Source: Myxococcota bacterium (lineage in GTDB: Bacteria; Myxococcota_A; Polyangia; Polyangiales; Sandaracinaceae). From it: a stretch of DNA of 11,885 bases. This document shows positions 1-6,674 of this stretch, one piece after another (position 1 is the stretch's first letter; each line of letters opens with the position of its first letter). The DNA lies in assembly GCA_036149055.1 (NCBI GenBank), contig JAYZQJ010000250.1:1-11885 (forward strand). Direction: 5' to 3'. The notes beneath the pieces were generated by a model, which worked only from the letters and a program-made list of their open reading frames with translations, ran no database searches and had not been told where the DNA came from. Position numbers and translations under genes: made by a program.

Positions 1-86
1 CCCCCCGGCGCGGCGCCACCTCCCCCCCGCCTCCCCGGGGGGCCGCTCGTCGAATTCTCGACTTACACCAAGCCCTTTATGCCCAC

Positions 87-241
87 GCGCGTCCCCGCGT
101 CTCGCGAACGAGGAGAGCCTCTCGCGCTGGCGCCACTCGCGCAGCAGCCGCTGCCGCTCTGACGCCGCCTCGTCTTCCAGTAGCTCGGGGACGCCCGGCC
201 GCGCGGTTGCCCGATCCTTGGCGCGTCCCCGTGTCTCGCGA
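87..241 (+). repeat. 21-bp direct repeat GCGCGTCCCCGYGTCTCGCGA (copies 87-107 and 221-241)
   Basis: Seen directly: 20/21 identical, 134 bp apart. Shares the GCGTCCCCG core with the 3' end of the 32-bp repeat. Confidence 0.7.
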
Positions 242-300
242 TGTCGACGCTGGACTCGTAGGTCGTTCGCCTACGTAAGTTCACAAGTTCACTCCGTCCC

Positions 301-534
301 CCCCTCCTCCGGCGACCCGAGGGCGGGCATCACGCCATCGTGGTCACGGGACTCATCTGGGACCGGACACTCCCGGACGAGTTTCAGATGGTCGACATCG
401 TCGACCCGGCTATCGGACCGGACACCATCTCGCTTCGCCGGTTGTACCAGTGGGTCACTCCCGACCTCCGCGAGTGCAACGTGCTCTTCAAGCTCGGCAA
501 CCGCCGTGCTGCGCCACGTGAGGTGAGGGAGTGA
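301..534 (+). pseudogene. C-terminal fragment of a papain-like (peptidase C39-like) domain protein
   Basis: Extending ORF 340..534 upstream gives GGHHAIVVTGLIWDRT...MVDIVDPAIG, matching the GHxxVxxG...VxIxDP pattern of C39-like peptidases. There is an in-frame TAG at 259-261 and no N-terminal half carrying the catalytic Cys. The stop overlaps the next GTG start (GTGA coupling). Confidence 0.5.
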
Positions 535-1253
535 CGGGACCGCTGGCGATGGTCTGCGCTCTGACCGTTCTCTGCGCCGCGTGCAGCGAGGAGCTGCCGC
601 GGCGCGCGCTCGTTCAGGTCGCGCTGCCCATGTGTGCTTCGTCCGATCCGAGCGCCGAGCCGACGTTCTCGATCGACCTCGACGGGCGGGTGTACTGGCC
701 GGGTGGGCTCTGGAAAGAGAAGCACCCGATCGAGCGGACGGCGTGGCTCGACGAGCTCGAGGTCCTCCTACGCAACGCGCCGGGCCGGCCGACGCTCGCC
801 ATCGATTCGCGGCACTCCTTCCAGCGGCTGAACCTCATCCTGTGGGCCGCCCACCGCGCCGGGCAGGAGATCATGCTCCTCACCCAGCATCGGGGCGAGC
901 GCCACGCGATCCCGATCGCGATGACCGAGCCCCCGCCGTCCTCCCTCGTGCTCCAGGTGTGGTGGGGCGGGGACGACATCATCCTCGAGCACGGGACTCT
1001 TCGGCCGCGCCCCGAGGAGGTGGTCAGCGCACCTCGAGGGGACGCCGGGGAGCGCGAGGTCCAGGGCGCGCTGTCGGCGCGCACGGCGGAGGTGTTCATC
1101 CTTCGAGAGCGCTCCCGCGATCTGGGCTGGCCGCTGAAGCCGCCGCTGCGTCTGCTGTGCGCGGGGCGCGCCCGTGTCGATCGCGTCGTGGTGCGTCCGG
1201 ATCTCGTGGTCTTCGACGAAGCCGCCGAGCGCGACCGACGGGACCGCGAATGA
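531..1253 (+). CDS. Putative lipoprotein with an ExbD/TolR-like periplasmic domain, possibly C-terminally truncated
   Basis: Hydrophobic N-terminus ending VLCAAC (lipobox-like). VQVALP...FSIDLDGRVYW...LAIDSRHSFQRLNLILWAAHRAG follows the ExbD pattern. GAGG-rich SD upstream. The stop codon lies inside 32-bp repeat copy 1. Confidence 0.6.
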   Translation: MTGPLAMVCALTVLCAACSEELPRRALVQVALPMCASSDPSAEPTFSIDLDGRVYWPGGLWKEKHPIERTAWLDELEVLLRNAPGRPTLAIDSRHSFQRLNLILWAAHRAGQEIMLLTQHRGERHAIPIAMTEPPPSSLVLQVWWGGDDIILEHGTLRPRPEEVVSAPRGDAGEREVQGALSARTAEVFILRERSRDLGWPLKPPLRLLCAGRARVDRVVVRPDLVVFDEAAERDRRDRE

Positions 1254-1278
1254 CGATATGACGACGAGCGTCCCCGGG
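1247..1278 (+). repeat. 32-bp repeat copy R1
   Basis: CGAATGACGATATGACGACGAGCGTCCCCGGG, exact consensus. Confidence 0.95.
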
Positions 1279-1363
1279 GCGGTGCTCGCGGGCGCAGGAC
1301 GAGGCCCGTGACGATGAGGCCCATCATCACCCCCCAGTAGGCGGTCTGGATCGTGTGGTTCAT
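1279..1363 (-). pseudogene. Short hydrophobic gene remnant (MNHTIQTAYWGVMMGLIVTGLVLRPRAP) running into R1
   Basis: ATG overlaps the stop of 1360..2205 (ATGA). It encodes one TM-like segment, then the frame enters the repeat and becomes Arg/Ser-rich shadow-ORF sequence. Confidence 0.4.
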
Positions 1364-2205
1364 GGGGCGATGGGGATCCTCGCGGCGAGCCACGCGGCCG
1401 CGGCCATGGCGAGGAGGAAGAGGTGGGCGAGCTCCCGTCGACGGACGAGCTCCGAGGCGACGGCGCCGGCGAGCGCGGCGGTCGCCATCATCCAGAGAAT
1501 GCCGGGGATCGGCCAGAGCTCACCGCCGATGACGGGCGGCCCGGCCTCCGCCAGGTGACGGGCGCCACGCGTGATCGCGGCCCCGCGCGCGGTCAGCGCG
1601 ATCACCGGAGCCATCAGCGCGATCGCGCACACGGCGGCTCCTCGCACCCACCCGTCGCGTCGTCGCGACACCAGCGCGCCGATCGTGAGCGGCGCGCTCC
1701 AGAGCCAAAGCCGCGGCGTCCACAGGCCGGCGGCGCAGCTCGCCAACCCCACCGCGGCGGCCAGCAGGTCCCACCGGTCGCGCGGCCTCAGCCGGTCCCG
1801 GAGCTCCGCCGCGACCAGCGCAGCGGCCGTGACGAGGGCGCCGAAAGCGCACGCCTCGACCCAAGCGACGCGGCACGCCGCCGTCAGCCGCGCCGGGAGG
1901 GACGGGTCGTCGATCGGGTGCCAGAGCGCTTCCCAGGCGAGCGCGACCAGCGGCAGCCCGGCGGGCGCGAGCAGGAGCGCGCGTCGCTCGAGCCAGACGA
2001 GCCCGACGCCCGCGAGCGCGGCGCCGAGCCCGACCGGGACGAGCGCGCCGCCCCAGCGGGAGAGCCCCTCTCCGGCGTGCGCTGGGTGCACGACCCACCC
2101 GACGGCGCAGAAGCCGAGGAACCACGTGACGGCGATGACGGCTGGGGCCCAGCGAAGGGCTCGATGCTCGTAGGTCGACGCGGCGTGGCTGCTCGTTGAT
2201 CGCAT
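1360..2205 (-). CDS. Hypothetical multi-pass membrane protein (281 aa)
   Basis: Many hydrophobic Ala/Leu/Val/Trp segments; GGGAG SD 4 nt before ATG; GC-rich third positions. Confidence 0.75.
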   Translation of the reverse strand: MRSTSSHAASTYEHRALRWAPAVIAVTWFLGFCAVGWVVHPAHAGEGLSRWGGALVPVGLGAALAGVGLVWLERRALLLAPAGLPLVALAWEALWHPIDDPSLPARLTAACRVAWVEACAFGALVTAAALVAAELRDRLRPRDRWDLLAAAVGLASCAAGLWTPRLWLWSAPLTIGALVSRRRDGWVRGAAVCAIALMAPVIALTARGAAITRGARHLAEAGPPVIGGELWPIPGILWMMATAALAGAVASELVRRRELAHLFLLAMAAAAWLAARIPIAP

Positions 2206-2241
2206 GGCGCTCCCATCGGCGGCGCCGCGGCGCGGTTGCGC
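2199..2241. repeat. 43-bp perfect direct repeat, copy A (ATCGCATGGCGCTCCCATCGGCGGCGCCGCGGCGCGGTTGCGC)
   Basis: Identical to 3365-3407. On the minus strand it contains the GGGAG SD and ATG of gene 1360..2205. Confidence 0.9.
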
Positions 2242-2296
2242 CTGACGAGGCGGGCGGCGCGCATCACGACTCCCTCGGTCCGAGCGGCGGGGACCA

Positions 2297-2328
2297 CGAA
2301 TGACGATATGACGACGAGCGTCCCCGGG
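2297..2328 (+). repeat. 32-bp repeat copy R2
   Basis: Exact consensus. Preceded by GGGACCA (R1 has GGGACCG). Confidence 0.95.
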
Positions 2329-2411
2329 ATCCGTCGAACACTTCGCGTCACTGATCGGACATCGGACGACAGGGCAGGGGGCCGTCGCCGGGAGCCGCGT
2401 AGCTCACCGGC

Positions 2412-3296
2412 ATGACACGCCTCACTTCATTCGCGTTCGTCGCCCTGATCCTCGCGTCCGCCTGCGGGCGCCAGGAGCCCCCGCCGGACCCCGGGCCGAT
2501 CGAGCCCCGGCTCCTCGCCCATCGCTGGGAGGGGAGCGTGCTCCGGGTCGACGAGCTCCCCACGGCGGAGCTCGAGGTCTCGACCCTGTCCGGCTCGATC
2601 GTCGTTGCGCACACGGGCTGGCCGTACGGGACGAGGATCCTCGTGGGGGCCGAGGTGCTCGAGGGGCGCGCCCTGCTGGAACGGCCGGACCTCGTTCCGC
2701 TGTTCGGCGAGGTGAGCCTCTCGGGGCTCGAGGACCCGGAGGGAAGCCCGTGGCGCCGGTCTCTACCGATTCGTATCGAGCCCGGAGAGGAGTGGCTCCC
2801 GATCGAGGTGGAGTCGCCGCCCGTCGAGCTCACGCAGCTCGCCGCGTTGCGCGCGATCGGGGCCGCGATGCGCGAGGAGGGGGCTCATCCGAATGGGTTC
2901 CTGTTCGAAGGCGAGCCCGAGGGCGACCGTCGCGACACCGCGCTCGTCGACTGGGCGGTCAGCGAGGACGCCGACCGGCGCATCTTCGGCGAGGGCACGG
3001 TCGCGCGAGAGATCGACTGGGTGATCCGCGAGCGCCGAGAGCCGACCGGAGAGAGCCAGCTCTGTGGCGGCTACTCCAACCCCGGCACGCCGGGGACCAC
3101 CGACGTTCGAATCACGCTGAACGAGTCGGTGTTGGTGGTCCGCGACCGACGAACCGGCGCCGAGGTCGCGCGCGAGCGTTTCCCCGCGTCGCGACGATGC
3201 CCGCGGATGGCCTATGTGGAGGGCGGCTCGACCGGCTCCGACCTGCGACCGATGCAGCGGTGGGTGGAGCGCTGGGTCGACGAGAACGCCGACTGA
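2412..3296 (+). CDS. Hypothetical lipoprotein (294 aa)
   Basis: Signal peptide MTRLTSFAFVALILASAC with lipobox, Pro-rich linker, typical composition, two C-terminal Cys. No family recognised. Confidence 0.8.
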   Translation: MTRLTSFAFVALILASACGRQEPPPDPGPIEPRLLAHRWEGSVLRVDELPTAELEVSTLSGSIVVAHTGWPYGTRILVGAEVLEGRALLERPDLVPLFGEVSLSGLEDPEGSPWRRSLPIRIEPGEEWLPIEVESPPVELTQLAALRAIGAAMREEGAHPNGFLFEGEPEGDRRDTALVDWAVSEDADRRIFGEGTVAREIDWVIRERREPTGESQLCGGYSNPGTPGTTDVRITLNESVLVVRDRRTGAEVARERFPASRRCPRMAYVEGGSTGSDLRPMQRWVERWVDENAD

Positions 3297-3315
3297 AGCG
3301 AGGTCGGGAGACGCG

Positions 3316-3347
3316 CGAATGACGGTATGACGACGAGCGTCCCCGGG
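3316..3347 (+). repeat. 32-bp repeat copy R3
   Basis: 31/32 match (A>G at 3325). Confidence 0.95.
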
Positions 3348-3364
3348 GCTGCGGCGAACGGTCC

Positions 3365-3407
3365 ATCGCATGGCGCTCCCATCGGCGGCGCCGCGGCGCG
3401 GTTGCGC
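3365..3407. repeat. 43-bp perfect direct repeat, copy B
   Basis: Identical to 2199-2241; starts 17 bp after R3. Confidence 0.9.
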
Positions 3408-3515
3408 GTCTCATGAACGTCCGGCGCGTCGGCGCCGATTCACGCGATGACGACGCGTCTCGCGCCGCCGTGGAGGCGCGTGTAAGGTCTGCGTGCCCCG
3501 GACGTTGGGAGCACA

Positions 3516-4946
3516 GTGCAGTCACCACTCCCGCCGCCCGCGCGCTCGTTCCGCGTTCTGCTCCTGTGCCTGATGAGCGCCCCGCTCGTCCTCGGCGCTC
3601 GCTGTGGGGAGCCCCTCGGCGCCGCGGAGCCGCCGCGTCCGCCACCGCCGCCCTACGCGGTGGTCTCCGCGGCGTCGAGCCCCGCCGTCGTGTTCGTCGC
3701 GCCGTCTCCGACGCCGGATGCTCCGGGCTCCATGACGTACGTCCTCCTGGAGGTCGACGGCACCGTCGTCGCTTCGCGCCGACTGGCCGCCGATGTGTTC
3801 CCCGGGAATGTGGATGATGACCGCGCAACCCTCGAACAGTTCGTAGGCGCTCGGGACACGGCAGACCTTCGAGCAGTGTTCGAGTCGCCGGAGCTCGGTC
3901 GCTTCCCGACGTCGCCTGGGGTGATCAGGCCGCGCCGGACCTGCCACACGGAGCGGTCCTCCCTGGTCTGTGTCGGTGAGGGAGGACGGGAGACCCGCGT
4001 CGACCTGAGCGGGGACTCCTCGCGATGCCCGATGATCCTGAACCGGACGCTGTTCGCCTCGGCGACCGGCGATCGCGTCGCCGGGTGGAGCGCGTCGTCG
4101 TGTCCCGTCGACGGCTCGAACCACCGCTACGCGTTGCACCGCGTGACCTTCGGCGCGTCCGGCGACCCGACCGTGCACACGGAGGACTTCGGGTACCCCA
4201 CACGTGAGCTCGCCCTCTCGCTGCGCGATGACGGGTCCGCCCTCGCGTGGGCGCCACCGACCTGGTATCGGGCCCGAGCGGGAGAGGACTTCGCGGCTGT
4301 CCGGTCCGGGGAGCCCGAGGGCATCGTGGACTCGATTCACCCGGTGGGCGCCACCGGGTGGGTCGCCGTCTCCCTCCATCGAGACGATCCCAGACCGGCG
4401 GCGCTGCGGTTCCTCGACGCGACCGCCGCGCCGGTCCGCGCTCCTCTGGAGATGGACAACGTGCTCGCCGCGAGGGCGGTCGACGAGCAGCTGCTCGTCG
4501 TGCGCACGGTCGGCGACCACATCGGGCTGGTTCGCCTGGACGCAGACGGCTCGATCTCCTCTTCGCTCGTCGTCCCGGCTCCCCGCGCGCGGTCGGCGAA
4601 CGCGAGGGGGCTGGCCCGGGAGAGGCCGCTCGCCCGATGCGTGATCAGCAGGGCCGTGTGGGTCACGGAGCGATCCCGCGACAGCGCGATGCTGGTGATG
4701 AACTACCCGGCGGACAGCCGGCACGACTACGAGACCAGGGCCTATCAGGAGCTCTACGAGGTAGAGGTCGACGATCGCGTGCGAGCCGCGATCGCGGCGC
4801 TCGTGCGGACGCCGGGCGGCGGTCAGGTGGGAGCCGCGGTCATCGCCCGCGAGGACGAGCGGTCGCCGTGGCGACTCGTGGTCGACGCCGCCGGGTGCCC
4901 CGGCGAAGTGCCGACGAGCCTCGAATTCCCGACTGGGCGAAGGTAG
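3516..4946 (+). CDS. Hypothetical exported protein, possibly a lipoprotein, beta-strand rich (476 aa)
   Basis: GGGAG SD before GTG; hydrophobic leader ending LVLGARC; poly-Pro linker; repeated short beta-strand-like motifs (LVRLDADG) suggest a propeller-like fold (inference). Confidence 0.7.
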   Translation: MQSPLPPPARSFRVLLLCLMSAPLVLGARCGEPLGAAEPPRPPPPPYAVVSAASSPAVVFVAPSPTPDAPGSMTYVLLEVDGTVVASRRLAADVFPGNVDDDRATLEQFVGARDTADLRAVFESPELGRFPTSPGVIRPRRTCHTERSSLVCVGEGGRETRVDLSGDSSRCPMILNRTLFASATGDRVAGWSASSCPVDGSNHRYALHRVTFGASGDPTVHTEDFGYPTRELALSLRDDGSALAWAPPTWYRARAGEDFAAVRSGEPEGIVDSIHPVGATGWVAVSLHRDDPRPAALRFLDATAAPVRAPLEMDNVLAARAVDEQLLVVRTVGDHIGLVRLDADGSISSSLVVPAPRARSANARGLARERPLARCVISRAVWVTERSRDSAMLVMNYPADSRHDYETRAYQELYEVEVDDRVRAAIAALVRTPGGGQVGAAVIAREDERSPWRLVVDAAGCPGEVPTSLEFPTGRR

Positions 4947-5130
4947 GCGGCTGCCGCCTCCACGTCCCGGCCCCCGGGGGACCACGGGCACTCCAACCTG
5001 ACGCGAGAGATGCACGCTGTCGTCTCGCTCCACCGGCGCGTGAGCAGGTGGTCGTCACCCACGTGGGCCCGGCCCGCCGAGACCACGGCCGGACCCGAGA
5101 GCTGAGCGGAGATCAGGGCGCGTCGTCGCG

Positions 5131-5136
5131 TACAAT
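5131..5136 (+). promoter_or_regulatory. Putative -10 box TACAAT, leaderless promoter
   Basis: Near-consensus hexamer in very GC-rich DNA, 7 nt before GTG at 5144; no SD. Confidence 0.5.
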
Positions 5137-5143
5137 ACGCGGC

Positions 5144-5617
5144 GTGAAGGCCGAACCGACTCACCGCTCGCCGATCACCGTCCGGGAGGACGGGCCGGTG
5201 ACGATCACGGTCTTCGACGGCGAGCAGCAGGAGGCCGATGTCGACGCCTACCTGGAGACCCTCCGCGAGCTCCACGAACGCGACCGGCCCTACATCGGCG
5301 CGTCCCTGATGCTGCGGTACTCGGCGGCGCCCGGTCAGCTCCGGCGCGTCGGGGAGTGGATGCGCGAGCACAAGCGAGATGTCGCGCGGCTGTGCGTGGG
5401 CAGCGCGATCATCGCGCCGAGCGTGGGGTTTCGCTTCGTGCTGTCGAGTCTCTTCATGATCCAGCGCATGCCGATGCCGTACACGGTCGTGTCCGGGGCG
5501 CGCGAGGCGGCCGAGTGGATCGAGCTCCGCGCGCGGTCGGTCGATCTCCGCGTGCCCGACGACCTCGCCGCGGTGCTCGCCGAGGAGCTGCGCGGGCGAG
5601 GGTACGACGCGGGCTGA
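5144..5617 (+). CDS. STAS/SEC14 (SpoIIAA-like) domain protein (157 aa)
   Basis: Real part of ORF 4247..5617. The pattern RVGEWMREH...LCVGSAIIAPSVGFRFVLSSLF...PMPYTVVSGAREAAEW is typical of this family, which is expanded in myxobacteria. Confidence 0.75.
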   Translation: MKAEPTHRSPITVREDGPVTITVFDGEQQEADVDAYLETLRELHERDRPYIGASLMLRYSAAPGQLRRVGEWMREHKRDVARLCVGSAIIAPSVGFRFVLSSLFMIQRMPMPYTVVSGAREAAEWIELRARSVDLRVPDDLAAVLAEELRGRGYDAG

Positions 5618-5684
5618 GAGGTCTGGCCCTGCGGAATCCGGGGCGGGCGTGCCGGGCCGGGCGTGGTCATGGCAAGGTGGCGGG

Positions 5685-6671
5685 ATGGCGGACGTAGCGG
5701 GGGCGACCCTCGAGCTCGACGATGGCGCGATGAGCCACCCGAGCCTCGCCGCGCTGCCTTCCATCGGGCTGTACGGCAGCCCCGTGACGATCCGGGGGCT
5801 GAGCATCCTCGCGTGCCGGGACCTGCCGGAGCTCGGCTCGCTGTCGCTCTACATGTCGGACTACGGGCCGGAGCTGGTCGACGTGCTCGCGGCGGCGCCG
5901 TGGCGGGAGGGGCTCTGGTCCCTGAACGTCTGCGGCAACCGGCTCGGCGCCGACGGGATGCGCGCGCTCATGAAGCTCCCCTGGCCGCGGCTCATCGGGC
6001 TCGCGGCCGGCTACGACGGGCTGGGGGACGACGGCGCGCTCGCCGTGGCCGACGCGGGGCTCCCCAGGCTGTCGACGCTCAACCTGCGGTCGAACGGGAT
6101 CGGCGCGCGGGGCGCGGCCGCGCTGTCGACGCGGTACGCGGCGCAGCTCGTGGACCTCGGGCTGGAGGACAACGCGCTCGGGGACGAGGGGATCGACGCG
6201 CTCCGGCGCGCGCCGTTCGAGCGCCTCCAGCGGCTGGACGTGCGCGACTGCGGGGCTCACGCGCGCTCGCTGGCGGACGCGCCGTGGGCCGCGAAGCTGC
6301 GCACCCTCGACGAGGGCGAGACGACGGGCCCCAGCCCCGGCGACGGCGCCGCCCAGTGGCGCGTGCGCCTCGCGATCCGTCCCCGCAACCAGCCGTCCGC
6401 CGTCGAGCGGATCGTGATCGGGGAGCGCATCACCATCGGGCGGACGCCCGGCTGCAGCGTCGAGCTGTTCGCCATGAACGTGCACCGCGTGCACGCCTGG
6501 CTCGAGGGGCGCGGAGACCACCTCGCGGTCGTCGACAACCGCTCGTCGAACGGCACGTACCACAACGGGCGCAAGGTGCCGCCGGAGGGCCGACGCGTGG
6601 TCCCGGGCGACTGGGTCGGCGTCGGCGGCTACCAGCTCCACGTGCTGGAGTACGCGCCGACCGGCTCGTGA
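5685..6671 (+). CDS. Leucine-rich-repeat protein with C-terminal FHA domain
   Basis: RI-like LRRs (LSTLNLRSNGIGARGAAAL, LVDLGLEDNALGDEGIDAL). FHA motifs IGR...H...DNRSSNGTYHNG...GDWVGVG. ATG 5685 preferred over GTG 5649; start uncertain. Confidence 0.85.
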   Translation: MADVAGATLELDDGAMSHPSLAALPSIGLYGSPVTIRGLSILACRDLPELGSLSLYMSDYGPELVDVLAAAPWREGLWSLNVCGNRLGADGMRALMKLPWPRLIGLAAGYDGLGDDGALAVADAGLPRLSTLNLRSNGIGARGAAALSTRYAAQLVDLGLEDNALGDEGIDALRRAPFERLQRLDVRDCGAHARSLADAPWAAKLRTLDEGETTGPSPGDGAAQWRVRLAIRPRNQPSAVERIVIGERITIGRTPGCSVELFAMNVHRVHAWLEGRGDHLAVVDNRSSNGTYHNGRKVPPEGRRVVPGDWVGVGGYQLHVLEYAPTGS

Positions 6672-6674
6672 GCG

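Noticed and set aside
63..284. 73-aa minus-strand ORF
   Set aside because: Low-complexity composition, no motif, and it lies across repeat-like sequence.
614..1278. Long minus-strand ORF 614..1393
   Set aside because: Beyond R1 it is Arg/Ser-rich antisense shadow of the ExbD-like gene.
1247..3347. Integron attC cassette array
   Set aside because: The repeats lack RYYYAAC/GTTRRRY ends and the long attC palindrome, genes are in mixed orientation, and no integrase is visible.
4247..5143. N-terminal 299 aa of the 456-aa ORF 4247..5617
   Set aside because: Arg/Gly-rich off-frame read of the 3516..4946 gene; only 5144..5617 looks like real protein.
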